From NCBI GenBank assembly GCA_038087875.1, contig CM075990.1:1862001-1926000 (forward strand): 64,000 nucleotides of DNA. The letters are read 5' to 3'. Position numbers and translations under genes: made by a program. Shown in pieces: positions 26,704-39,879 of this stretch. Below the pieces are notes generated by a model. That model saw nothing but the letters and a program-made list of their open reading frames with translations. It was not told the DNA's origin and made no database searches. How positions within the stretch are numbered: position 1 is the stretch's first letter; each line of letters opens with the position of its first letter. Source of the DNA: Malacoraja senta (Eukaryota).

Positions 26704-26859
26704 ATTCTCTTAGAAACTTCATACTCTGCGACAAGTCAAAAACAGAGGAATTTATCAGGATGGATGGAAGGGATTTACGCCCATGAACACTCGGGAGGTG
26801 AAGACTCCTCAGACGGAAATCATGAAGCTACGCCCATGCAAACTCGGGAAGCTTGGTGA
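26704..26859 (+). pseudogene. Putative spliced 3' exon of ERV-A (1-nt frameshift)
   Basis: CTAACTTGCTTTATTCCAG| then SLRNFILCDKSKTEEFIR/WMEGIYAHEHSGGEDSSDGNHEATPMQTREAW*. Confidence 0.4.
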
Positions 26860-26967
26860 AATTCTGGGAAAATTCATCAGCATCTTCTTGTTAGTATATC
26901 TGTTATAGTAAAGTAGTCATTATTGTGTTTTGGTTATCATTAATGATGAGGGTTTATCTTAAATGAT

Positions 26968-27342
26968 AAAATGGAGAAATGTTAATATTGGCCAAATAAA
27001 AGATGTCACAAAATGGAGGATCTCTGTATTTGCAAGAATCTGCTTGTCCTCTTTCTGTGAAAAGTTGCAAGCTGTGAGTCACAGCCCCAAGGAGTCTGGA
27101 CCCTAGATGGAAGTTGAGGATAAGGTGAGGTCCAGATATCCTTCCTTTTGTTAATATGTATGAGGGTTTTGCAGAAGAGCTAAGAGGTGTTGCAAATGCA
27201 TGATTAGAAATGGTCAGATAGGTGGTGTTGTAAAATACTGTTAATTATGTTGCAGAGTGTTTGTGCTGTTATCTTGTTATTGTTTAAAGTGTGAAGCCTT
27301 GTTCAAATTGTTTATACTACCTGGAGAAATGTTCGACACTAC
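26968..27342 (+). repeat. ERV-A polypurine tract and start of 3' LTR (truncated by CR1)
   Basis: AAAATGGAGAAA then TG at 26980, at the position homologous to the ERV-B PPT/LTR junction; LTR sequence differs from ERV-B; the remainder was not found. Confidence 0.65.
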
Positions 27343-28212
27343 CTGTGTGAACTGTGAGGAGGATGCTATGAGAATGCAGGGTTTTGGACAGGTTGGATGA
27401 GTGGACAGATGCATGGCAGATGCAGTTTAATGTGGATAAATGTGAGGTTATCCACTTTGGTAGCAAAAACAGAAAGGCAGATTATTATCTAAATGGTGTC
27501 AAGTTGGGAAAAGGGAAAGTACAACGGCATCTGGGGGTCCTTGTTCATCATTCAATGAAAGTAAGCATGCAGGTACAGCAGGCAGTGAAGGAAGCGAATG
27601 TCATGTTGGCCTCCATAACAAGAGGAGTTGAGTATAGGAGCAAAGAGGTCCTTCTGTAGTAGTAGAGGGGCCTAGTGAGACCACACCTGGAGTATTGTGT
27701 GCAGTTTTGGTCCCCTAAGTGCTGCGTAGGTTTGCAAGGTTAATTCCCGGGATGGCGAGTCTGTCATATGCTGAGAGAATGCAGCGGCTGGGCTTATATA
27801 TTCTGGAGTTTAGAAAGATGAGAGGGGATCTTATTGAAACATAAGATTATTAAGGGTTTGGACACGCTGGAGGCAGGAAACATGTTCCCGATGTTGGGGG
27901 AGTCCAGAACCAGGGGCCACAGTTTAAGAATGAGGCGTAAGCCATTTAGAACGGAAATGTGGAAACACTTTTTCACACAGAGAGTTGTGAGCCTGTGGAA
28001 TTCTCTGCCTCAGAAGGCGGTGGAGGCTGGTTCTCAGGATACTTTCAAGAGAGAGCTCGATAGGGCTCTGAAAGATAGCAGAGTCAGGGGATATGGGGAG
28101 AAGGCAGGAACGGGGTACTGATTGGGGATGATCAGCCATAATCACATTGATCATTATGGCTCGAAGGGCCGAATGGCCTACTCCTGCATCTATTGTCTAT
28201 TATCTATTGTAT
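27343..28212 (+). mobile_element. CR1 LINE 3' fragment
   Basis: WQMQFNVDKCEVIHFG, SRTRGHS, FFTQRVV; (TCTATTG)n tail. Confidence 0.92.
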
Positions 28213-30098
28213 GTTCCCGCATATCACCTTTGTAGCTCATTCCACCTGTTTACCATCCCTCTACCTGCTTCCATCTCTCATTGTCATGAAGTCTCATAGG
28301 GATTTCAACCCAAGTCGCCCATGCCAGCAAAGTTGAGACATCTAAACTTGTCCCATTCGCCAGTTTACCCCGTACCATGTAATTTCCAAATATATTTTAT
28401 ATGCTGACATAACGCATCTGCCTGAACTACTTCCTCTGGCAATTCGTACCATACACCCACCATCCTCTGTGCGATAAACGTTGCCCCTGAGGAAGCCTTC
28501 TCCTCTAGGCATAAATCTATGTCTTCTTGTTATCGATTTCTCTACTTTGAGTAAAATACTGTGTAATGTACCTCGTGCCTTCCTTTCGTGAGTTTTGTAG
28601 ATCAATATGCTCACTCCTTAGACTCCTGTGCTCCAGGGAAGTCCTACCCTATCCAACCTCTCCTTATAACTAGGGTACTGGAGTTCTGGCAACATCTTCC
28701 TAAATCATCACAGTCTTTCCAGATTTATGGCATCTTCCCCTTAGCAGAAGAACTAAAGCTGTACCCAATATTTCAACACTATTCTTTTTTTTTCCCATTC
28801 ACCTATCATCATGCACTATAGAACATTGGCCAATTGGTCGGCCAATGCCGACCAGCTTGCCTAACCAAACTCGTCCACTTGCAAACACCTGGATCATCTA
28901 CCTCCACATATTTCCTATCAACATCAGGCAGTACAGAGCTCGGAGTGTCAGAGCAAAGACGACACAGGATTGGCTCATTGGGAGCCATCACATAATCATA
29001 ATCGATTTGATTTGATTTGATTTGCCATACAGTCATACCAAAAAAGCAACAAGACACACAACTCCATAAAAATTGGACATAAACATCCACCACAGTGGCT
29101 CCCGATTGTGATGGAAGGCAATAAAGTCTTATCTTCTTTCCCCCTTTTTCTCCCACGGAATATGGTGACTTCGATGGACTGAGGTGTGTTTATTTCAATG
29201 CAATGTGTTTTGTGGAGAAAGCAGATGAACATATAGCTTGGATCAATGCTTGCGACAATCATGTCGTAACCACTACAGAAATTTGTGCCCCCGGAGGGAC
29301 ATGACTGGTACCTCAATATTCCGGGCTTCATATGATTCAGACATGATCAAGAGGGAGGCCACGTTGGCGGGTGATTTGCGCTTTTAATCTCGGAGACTGT
29401 GACATGGCAGACTGGAGGGTTCGTCTGCTCAGCCTCAGGCAATATGGGTCGAGATTAGAAATAAGATGCAAGGATTTCAATTGGATTCTGCATAGGTACC
29501 CAGATGGGACTTCGAAGGACAAGAAGCTGAAGTGAAGAAGTGGAAGCCAAGATACCGAATGGACACAATGCCAAAAAGCCAAGATACAGAACGGACACGA
29601 CGCCGAAACGATTCGAACCCAAACGGACACCACGCCTAAAGGATACAAAGCCGAACAGACACCACGCGAATAGGACAATACGCAGAATGGATATGATGTT
29701 GAAAAGCCACCGAACGGACCTGACGTCTCCGAGGACGGGATTTGTCTGAGACCTTGTCAGCGATTGATCCAGACCCCCGCGTCCATCACATTACTGGCCG
29801 GGAGGAGACGGGAGGTTGGGGAGAGCTTGAGCTTGTGTTTGTAAAATGATGGCAGTGACTCCAAGCTGCTGCGATTGCCACAGAGGCTTTTCTACGTCAT
29901 GTTCGTTCCCAGCCAGATTTTAAGCCGAAAAACAATCTGACACCGAACGTACAAGAAGCCAAAATTATAAATAGGTATGAAACACTGAAACACTTTAAAA
30001 AAATCTATATTTGCCACAAACATATTTATTATTTAACTATTTTAAAATGTAACAAGGTACAACAATTTAACTATTTTAAAATGTAACAAGGTACAACA

Positions 30099-32040
30099 AG
30101 TCAAGTCAAGTCAAGTCAACTTTATTTGTCACATACACATACAAGATGTACAGTGAAATGAAAGTGGTAACGCTTGTGGGATTGTGCAAATCAACAGAAC
30201 AGAACAGAACCAGTATTTACATTAAAAAAAGAAGACACAACAGTATTTACACCCTGGTGAGATCAGAGTTTACAGTCCTGATGGCCTGTGGGAAGAAACT
30301 ACTTCTCATCCTCTCTGTCTTCGCAGCGTGGCAGCGGAGGCGCTTGCCTGAACATAGCAGCTGGAACAGTCCGTTGCTGGGGTGGTAGGAATCCTTCATG
30401 ATCTTGCTGGCAAGGGGGCGGGGGGGGAGTGTAGTTCCCGTGGTGCGTTCAGCCAAACGCACTACTCTCTGCAGAGCCTTCCTGTCCAGGGCAGAGCTGT
30501 TGCCAAACTAGATAGAGATGTCAGGATACTTTCTACTACACCAGAGTGGAAGGATTGAAGGATCCTCAGAGAAACTCTGAATTTCCTCAGCTGCCTGAGG
30601 TGGTAAAGGTGCTGCCTTGCCTTTCTCACCAGTGCAGCAGTGTGTGTTGTCCATGTCAAATCCTCTGTGATGTGGGCTTCCAGGTATTTAAAGCTGCTCA
30701 CCCTATCCACTGTAGTCCCATTAATCCCCAGTGGCGTGTACGTCCTCGGTTGTTGTGCCCATATAAAGTCCACAATCAGCTCCTTAGTTTTAGTGACTAA
30801 AGAGGAGGCTGTTATTCTGACACCAGAGTGCCAGGTCAGCCACCACCATTATTCTGACACCAGAGTGCCAGGTAGGCCTTCTCATCGTTATCGGAGATCA
30901 GGCCCACCACCACTGTGTCACCAGCAAACTTGATGATGGAGTTGAAGCTGAACCTGGCCACACAGTCATGTGTGTACAGGGAGTACAGTAGGGGGCCGAG
31001 GATGCAACATTGGGGGGGATTCTGTGCTGAGGGTGAATGGGTTGGAGGTATGTCTCCCCACCTTGACCACCTGGGGCCTGGCAGTCAGATTGTCCAGGAC
31101 CCAAGCACACAGGGGAGTGTTCAGACCCAGTTCCAGCAGGTAATCAGCAAGTCTGGTGGGGACAATGGTGTTGAAAGCTGAACTGGTCAATGAACAGCAT
31201 CCTCACATAGCCCCCCTTCTGGCTGTCAATGTGAGAGAGAGTGGTGTGCAGAACCTGGGAGACCGCATCATCCGTTTGGACGGTATGCGAACTGCAGCGG
31301 ATCCATGGTGTGAGGGAGGAAGGTGCAGATGTAGTTCTGCATCAGCCTCTCGAAGCATTTCATGACCACTGAGGTGAGGGCCACCGGTCGGTAGTCATTC
31401 AAGCAGGCTGGAGAGGCATTCTTAGGCACTGGTGCAATAGTGGATTTCTGGAAGCAGGCAGGGACTACGGACATGGCCAGGGAGAGGTTGAATATTGTGG
31501 TGAACACTGGAGCTAGCTGCTTAGCACAAGACTTTAGTACTCGCCCAGATATACCATCTGGGCCTACAGCTTTCCTCGTGTTCACACGGGTCAGAGCCCT
31601 CCTCATGTCGTGCTCGGACACCGAGAATGTGTGCACATCCCCAGCAGTGTGCCTCACACCAGCCCCGCTAGCCAGCGCGCTGGCGGTGTTGTTGTTAGCC
31701 GGCGAACTAGGAGTGTTGTTGCCCACCTCAAATCGTGCATAGAAAGAGTTCAGGTCATCAGCTAAGGAGGCGCTGGCACTCCCGGTTGAAGGGGGCTGCT
31801 CTGGTAATTAGTTATAGTCTGTAGTCCCTGCCACAGGCGTCTGGTGTCACGCTGCTCCATCTGTGACTCCATCCTGTCCATGTACCTCCTTCTTGTGTCC
31901 TTCACCGCCCTTAGTCATCCATGTTGCCGGAGTTGTAAGCAGCGGTGCGGCATTCAAAGCAACGCGAATGGATATGTCAACACAGGGTTTTTGGTTAGGA
32001 AAGAGGCTAACCCTTACCGTGGGGACGATGTTGTCGGCTA
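30099..32040 (-). mobile_element. Rex1/Babar LINE, 5'-truncated, inside the MULE
   Basis: RKAVGPDGI.GRVLKSCA.QLAPVF, LNDYRPVALTS.VMKCFERL, DPLQFAYR; (GACTT)n tail. Confidence 0.92.
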
Positions 32041-32086
32041 TTGTTGCAATTGTTGCAAAATTAAAGGAATAGGAATAAAAATTAAT

Positions 32087-32939
32087 TTAAAAATTGTAAG
32101 CTAAAGCTCTTAGGAAAGCCAATCCTTCTTTATTATAAGAATTGCAAATAGATTTTATTCTTTCGTTAATGGTAGCATAGTTTTTGTTAGGCTTTGAAAT
32201 GTCAATCCCTGCATATGCTTGCACAATTAATATTTCATTTGATGCATGTTCACTTCTGATCATTTTAAGTAATTTGGGCACTGTGAGTAACACTAAGTTT
32301 ATTTTTAAAGGTCTGATGCCAACTTTCTAGAGAATTGATTGTTCTTGGCAAATTATCCTGAATTCGAGTGTAGACTGACCATAATTCGCAATCGTGGTCT
32401 CCTTCGCCTGCCTCTTTGACCTATTCCTAACCATGTACTTTCGAAATAAACTAAAAAATCACTTAACATTTCTTCAGTTTCAGCATTTAAGGAGTGCACC
32501 AATTCATCAAATATTTCTTGAGCATCTTCAGGGTGGACAAAGGCAAGAGTTGTAATTGCTTATTGAGAAGTGCATTGTCAGGCTTGGCATACCATTGTTG
32601 CAATCCATGAGTTTGAATATTTTGCAATAGACATTGGCCAAAATGAAAGAAGCAACCATAAATTGACGTTTGGGAAGTTCTTTTTTATAATTTTAATTGT
32701 TGCTCCAGTTTTCAGACTGTCCAAAACTTTCAAAGCACAATTATGAGCACCATCAGGAGGGTTTGAATGATTAGAAGCATTACCCTGCTCAGTATATTTT
32801 ATAGTTTTAATTCTACCATTACACTCTTTACGTTTCTCACACCTCCAGTATGTGGTTTCATTAACCTTTTGTCCACAACGTATGTGTAACCATTGAGAAG
32901 GAGCTTCCTGCCACCACGTGCTGTTTTAACAAACTCCAT
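32087..32939 (-). pseudogene. FLYWCH-MULE transposase, internally deleted
   Basis: MEFVKTARGGRKLLLNGYTY...YWRCEKRKECNGRIKT...H (FLYWCH), then GCFFHFGQC, YFESTW and RTINSLESWH; the first part of the DDE domain is missing. Confidence 0.85.
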
Positions 32940-35900
32940 GGTCAAACCAAAAGGTTTCTCAGAAAGTAAACAAGTGGATTACTATTTACCCCCCTACCTG
33001 AGGGACTTACAGTAAATAAGTCAATCGCTATTTACCCCGTACCTGAGGGATTAAACAAAATTATATTAATTTCCTTTTCAATATGTAGTTGCTTTTCAGC
33101 TTTTCCATGTCAGGGATTCAAAGAAATTTATATTTGTTTCCTTTTCGATAAGTAAGATTTTTTTCCAGCTTTTTGACGTCATGTCTGTTCGACATCAGAT
33201 TGTTTTTTGGCTTAAAATCTGACAGGACCGAACGTTATGTCGAAAAGCCTCTGTGGCAATCAAATCAGCTTGGAGTCACTGCCACTATTTTACAAACGCA
33301 AGCTCCCCCCCCCCCACCCTCCCGGCCAGTGATGTGATGGATGCGGGGATCTGGAGCAATCGCTGACAAGGTCTCGGACAAATCGCGTCCCCGGAGACGT
33401 CATGTCCGTTCGGAGGCCTTTCGATGTCATGTCCGTTCTGCGTATTGTCCTTTCGGCGTGGTGTCCATTCAGGTTCATGTTCTTTCAGCGTGGTGTCCGT
33501 TCGGTTTCGTAACCTTTCGGCTTGGTGTCCGTTCGGATTTGTATCCTTTCGGCATGGTGTCCGTTCAGGTTCGTGTCCTTTCTGCCTCGTGTCCGTTCGG
33601 GGTGATGTAGGTTCGGCATCTTGGCTTCGGCTTGTCGTCCTTCGACGTCCTGTCCGCACACGTCTAATGTCAATATAGGCTTCCCGATAGAAAGTGCGAG
33701 ATGCATGCACAGATATAGAGTCATAGAGTGATACAGTGTGGAAACAGGCCCTCAGGCCCAACTTGCCCACACTGGCGAAAATGTCCCAGCTACACTAGTC
33801 CCACCTGCATGCGTTTGCTACATATCCTTCCAAACTTGGCCTGTCCATGTACCTGGCTAACGGTTTCTTAAACGTTGGGATAGTCCCAGCCTCAAATACC
33901 TACTCTGGCAGCTTGTTCCATACACCCAGCACCCTTTATGTGAAAAGGTTATCCCTCAGATTCTTATCCCCTTCACCTTTAACCTATGTCCTCTGATCCT
34001 CGATTCTCCTATTCCGGGCAAGAGATTTTATGCATCTACCCGATTTATTCCTCTCATGATTGTATACATGTTATACACGTGTTATATATGTTTACATATT
34101 TCCTGAAAGATGCCAAAGCAGCAGCCTGATTTGGTGGGTGGCTTTAACTTCACATGTATTGACTCTGACTTGATCAGTGCCAAAGGCTTCGAGAGGGCAG
34201 CAATTCTGAGGTGTATCTGAAAGGAGAACATAATGAACGTGTTTGGAAGTGAGACTGGTCAGGTGACTGCCGTTCAGTGGAAGATTCTTTCGGGGATAAT
34301 GATCACAACTCCATTAGTTCTAAAATTGCTTTGAATAGGGAGAAGGCTGGACATTGCGTGTAAGTACCAAACTGGAGTAAGGTAAACCGCAACTTTCTTC
34401 GGCAGGAGCTCGGCAGAGTACACTGAGAGCAATTGTTACCGCCCAAGTCTACATTTGACATGTAGAAGTCGTTAAATACCAATTGATTGAAGTCAGGAAC
34501 TGATTGAAGACAGGACGATGGATAAAAATGGCAAAGTAATGGAAACTCAGATCACCAAAGAGGTTGTAAATTTGGTCATGAAGCACAAATTGTATGGGAG
34601 GTTTCAGAGAATGGAATCAGACAGCCCCCCCCCCCCCCCCCTCAACCCGTGATAAACTGATCAAGATGATCAGGGTTAACCGTCGTATGCATTTGGAATT
34701 GGCTTACTCCAACTTTGAGGGTATGAGGGACAGTCCCGTTTAAGTTGATTGGAGTAGGTTGCTTGAAGGGAAAGGAACAACGGCCCAGTGGGATGTTTTA
34801 AAAAGTGTGCTGACAAAGCTTGGAATGTGGACGTCCCTGTTGGTGCGAAGGGCAAGGCATGCAAACGTAAGGAAGCTTGGCTGCCGAAAGAATTTGAGGC
34901 ATTGGTTAAAAAAAAGGACGCATGGGACAGATATAGGCAGCTGGGATCAAATGAATCCCTGAAGGAATTTCAGGAACTAAGGACCAAAGTAAAAAATGAA
35001 ATCCGAAGGGCAAAAAGGGGCATGATATAATCTCTCGCAGATAGCATTTAAGGACAATTCCAAGAAATTTTATAAATACATAATAAGGAATAGGGTAACT
35101 AGAGAGAGAGAGAGTGGGACCCCTCAGGAATCAAACAGGTGCTTTGAGCCACAGGAGATTTGTAAGGTCCTCAATGTGTATTTCTCCTCTCTATTTACCA
35201 AGGGGAAAGGCAGGAGGACGGAGGAACTTGGGGCAGCCAATGGAAGAGTCTTGAGAGCAGTCAGTGTTATGGTCGAATATGTGCAAAAGGTACTATTGTG
35301 TATGAAGGTAGACAAATCTTCAGGGACTGCTTGGAAATATCCGAGGACATTGTGGGAACCAGAGAGGAAATTGCGGGAGCTCTGGTTGAAATTTACGAGT
35401 CGTCTTTAAATATAGGAGAGGTGGCAAATGCTGTGCCTCTATTCAAGAAGGGCTGCAAGGAAAATGCTGAGAACTATAGGCCAGTGAGCCTAACATCTGC
35501 AGTAACGAAAGAGTACTCTGAGAGATAGTACACATAGGCATTTAGACAGACAAGGTCTGATTATGGATATGCACCATGGGATTGTACGTTGGAGGTCGTG
35601 TCTCACAAATCTGAGTCTTTTGAAGACGAGACCAAAAAGGTCGATTAGGGCCGAGCTGTAAATGTTGTATATTCGGACTTCAGCGAAGATTTCGACAAGG
35701 TTCCACATGCTGGTTTGTTTGTTCTGGAAGGTTAGATTGTATGGGATCCAATGAGAGACAGCTGAATAGATAGAAATTTAGCTTCAAGGAGGGATACTCA
35801 GGGTGATGGTGGACGGTTGCTTCGCGGACAAGAGACCTGATTCGTGGTCACCTCAGGGTTCGGTACTAGGCCCGTTACTCTTTGTCATCTATATCAATCA

Positions 35901-38900
35901 CTTGGATGAGAACATACACAGCAAGATTAGCAAGTTTGCAGATGATACAAAAGTGGGTGGTTTTGCAGATAATGAAGATGAATGTGAAAAATTGCTGCAG
36001 AATCTTGATGGATTGGTCAGGTGGGCTGAGGAATGGTTGATGGAATTTAATGCAGAGCAATATGAGGTGTTGTATTTTGGTAAGTCTAACATGGATAGGA
36101 CCGAGACAGTGAATGGTAGGACTTGTGGAACAGCCTCGTGGGTGCAGAAGTATTGGGAGAGTCTCTCTATTGAAGTGAAGTGCAGCGTTTCAGGTTACTT
36201 ATTGCGACGTAGGAAAGGAGGCTTAATAGAGGAAACTGGATGGAGGTAGAGGGAAACAAATCGTTTTAGTTATCGTGATAGTGCAGGGGAAATGGCAGTT
36301 AGAGTATTGATATGCTCCTTCTACAGAATGCGTGAGATCAAGGAAATTCTAGAGTCCCTGAGAAATAATCGTGGGAAGTGCATTATACCTGAAACTATTG
36401 ACTGACTGATTTACTTTGGTGTCTTTTGAGCAGTTGCAGCCTCCACATTGGAGGAAAGATGTGGAATCGTTGGAACAGGTGCAGAAGAGGTTTACCATAA
36501 TACTGTCTGGAGTAGACGGGATTTGCTATTAGAAGAGTTGGATAAACTCGAATTGTTTTTCTTGGATCTTCAGAGGCTGAGCGGCGATCTGATAGAAGCA
36601 TGTTACCATGACTTGAGGCCCTCGGCTGCTGTGAAAGATTGGACAGGCTAGGACATTACTCCCGGAGCGTAGGGGGGTAGAGTTGTGAACAAAAGGAGGA
36701 GTATAAAAATCAAAGCGGAAACACAATAGGTTTTCCAAGAGCATGGGTTTCGATAACTATATTGTGTAGGGTTCCAATGAGAGGGGAAAGATCCTCGGAG
36801 CAATGTTTCCATATGGAGGTTGTGGGTAAATGGAACGAGGAAGCCACAGAGCAATTACAACAACAACAATTAAAATAATTTGGGCAGGTGCATGATTTGG
36901 AACAATTCAAAGGATATCGATCGAAAACGCTCAAAGTGAGTCGAGGTCAGATTTAACATCTGGTCAGCATGGACATGTTGGATTGTAGGGCCTGTTTCCT
37001 GGCGCTATGAATATATAGCTCTATGACCAGTAAGCCGAATATCTCTGGTAAGGAAGTTACTGGAGATCTGACAGATAAGGTATACATGCATTTGGAAAGA
37101 CAGGAGTTAATTAGCGACAGTCAAGCTGCTGAATGCCGCTAATCAATTTCTATCTCCAAATATGTATTTATATATTATTTATCTGAATCCCCACCAGTAA
37201 CTTTCCTACACAGCTTACCAGTCATACAATACTTCCCGTATTGAACCTCGAGTCTTTTTACGAAGTTCCCGAGAAGCTTATTGGTGGCATGACAGTAGAT
37301 ATATCTACATGGCCCATGGACCTATCTTCAAGGATGGAAATAGGAGGTACTAGAGGACATAGCTTTATGAGGACAAGCCACATAGGTCTGTTATGGGCCT
37401 GTTGCTGTTTGTCATAAATATATAAACAAATTACATGAGAATGCACAAGGCATGAATAGGCAAAGCTTGCAGATAAGATTGACATGAGAGACATTGTACA
37501 CAGTGATTTTTTAAATATCAAGAATTGCAGCAGGATCTTTGCACAGCGGAGCTATAATAGAAAGGTAAAAGATTATGAGAAATTGGGATAGTAAAGGTAA
37601 TCAGAACTTTTTTTCTTCCAGGGTAGAAATATCAAAGTGTGGTGGGTATAGTTTTATGTATGAGTGAAGATGTTTAAATGAGTTCTGCAGGGTACCTTTT
37701 TTCTTTACACAGAATGATGGGTGCCTGAAATTCGCAGTCAGACGTGGAGATCAAAGCATATTGGATAGTAGGTTTCAGAAGTCTTCAGTTAGGAAGCTTT
37801 CAAAATGGAGCAGAACTTCCTTTACTGTTAAAGGTCGGAACCTGGAGAGTATTGAGCCTTTTATGAGATCTAGGAATATGTAAATAGTTTCCCCACACCG
37901 TGATATGGAGGTGAAATGTTGTTTGGCACACCGGCTTTCATCATTCAGGGAATTGCGGAAGTTTCATCAGATTGTACAAGACGTTAGCGTGGCCACATTT
38001 GGAGTGTTCTGCTCAGTTGGTCACCATGCTGTAGGAATTATTGCATTAACGTGGAAAGAGTACAAAGCATATTTAGAAGAATATTACCAAGACTTTAGGG
38101 CCTGCATTGTGGTTAGGTTAGGACTATTCCGTGTTGATCAAAGCGAGGAACATAAGAGGTACAAGGAAGTTTTACAGTGGAGCAATCAAAATGTAAAAAT
38201 AATTTGTGTTCCTACAAGCTGCAGAAACAGCAGTTCCTTGATTCTACATTGCAACTGTTCCACTGCAAAATCTCCTCAAGGTATGCCTTCTTTGAAGACG
38301 TTCTCCTCTAAGTCTGATGATGGGTCCTAACCCGAAATTCGTCTATCCATGTTTGCCTGGGATGTTGCCCGACGGCTGCTTTTTGTATCCTTTCTTGATA
38401 AACTTAACATTCTTTGTTTCTACATTTTGACTGCTCCACTGCGAAATCACCTCAGGGTACAAAAGGTTCTCTAAGTGTACTGATCGCTGATCAACGCGGA
38501 CATAGTGAGCCAAAGGGCTTGTTTTTTATTCTGTATCTCTAAAGTAAACTAAAGTCTGATGAAGGACTCCGAAACGTCACCTATTCACCTATGCTGCCTG
38601 ACCCGCTGATAAACTCTAGCATTTTTGTGTGTTTACTTGGTAAACAAGCATCTGTTGTTCCTTTTTTTCTGCACAAATTCACTTCCCACTTATGCTCTGG
38701 TTCATACTTTACACCAGTCTGAGTGATGATTAAGCTGTTGAAGCCTAAATGGATCATGTTGTTGCAACACACGCTAATAATTAACCAGATTAATAACATG
38801 GAGTTATAATGCACTGGATGGTAAAAACACAGAAGGTGCCCATTCAATTTGACGCCAGTTGAAATCAATGATAAAACGCAGCACAGAAAGGAAATTCTCT

Positions 38901-39239
38901 CAACTGTTAAGAGATCGCGTACAGTTTAATTTCAAAAATGGCGGTCAGACTTGGCATAACTAATTTTACATGAAGATAAATACGTAGCAGTTCAAAATTC
39001 TAAAAGCAGTAATAAAAATGAAATGGTTTATACCAAAGACAGACACACATTGGTGGAGTAACAGCAGCTTAGGCAGCAGCACTGGTGAAAATGGGAAGGT
39101 GACGTTTCGGGTCGGGACTGTTCTTCAGACTGACTGTCGGGGTTGGGGGGGGGGAGGTGTGGGGTGTGGTGGAGTACAAAGATCATAGGGCGGAGCTCTT
39201 CGGTGGAGTACTGAAGCAAGGAAAGACCAGGTGAAATGT

Positions 39240-39582
39240 TGTATCCGTATCTGACCTCTCTGTCCTGGGTCTCCTCCATGGCCACAGCGAGCAACACCGT
39301 AAATTGGAGGAAATGCACCTCATATTCCGCTTGGGCAGTCTACATCCTGGGGGCTTGAACATTGAATTCTCCCAATTCTGCTAGCCCTTGCTGTCCCCTC
39401 CCCTTCATCAGCCATCTGGTTGTCTCCTCCCATCCCCCAGCCCTCGGGCTCCTCCTCCTTTTTCCTTTCTTCTCCCCACCCCCTATCAGTCTGAAGAAGG
39501 GTTTTGGCCCGAAACGTCGCCTATTTCCTTCGCTCCATAGATGCTGCTGCACCCGCTGAGTTTCTCCAGCATTTTTGTGTAC
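39240..39582 (+). mobile_element. Penelope-like element 3' end with hammerhead-like core
   Basis: SDLSVLGLLHG....RKLEE.HLIFRLGSLHP.GLNIEFS followed by CTGAAGA-A-GGGT(TTTG)GCCC-GAAACGTC at 39491-39518. Confidence 0.85.
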
Positions 39583-39879
39583 CCAGGACAAGTCATGTCG
39601 AGCAGGGTGGTTTCGATCGGGACGATGTGAGCCCAAGGTGGATACATCGTTGCAAACGGTGGAACTGTTTAAACGACTTTTAATGGAGAGAGGGAGGGGT
39701 TCACTGTTTGTATGTTTGCAAAATTAGAGAATTCAATGTTCAAACCAAAGATACTAGCCTTTGGTTCAAACCAAAGATACTAGAGGAGGCTCTGCTCTAT
39801 AATCATTGTGCACAGCGGGAGGCATCAAAGATACTAGAGGAGCTCTGCTCTGCTCTGCTCTCTATTTGCGTTTTGCATT

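Larger units (their letters stand above)
29495..33674 (-). mobile_element. Mutator-like (MULE) DNA transposon with long TIRs
   Basis: ~29495-29965 is the inverted counterpart of ~33170-33665; an internal FLYWCH-MULE transposase remnant; ATAGG present at both junctions (29492-29496, 33675-33679). Confidence 0.88.
29170..37030 (+). mobile_element. Old CR1 LINE ORF2, interrupted by the MULE and other inserts
   Basis: EN N-terminus (LRCVYFNA..., IWVEIRNK) at 29170-29495 continues as YRLPD...QI at 33675; later GGFNF, NYRPVSLTS, QGSVLGPLLF and KFADDTK. Confidence 0.8.

Noticed and set aside
26704..26980. env gene in ERV-A or ERV-B
   Set aside because: Only ~300 bp lie between the integrase end and the PPT; no env motifs.
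29540..33770. Repetitive ORFs and a CRISPR-like periodic array in 29540-29750 and 33285-33770
   Set aside because: Contiguous 16-bp TIR subrepeats with no unique spacers and no cas genes; eukaryotic context.
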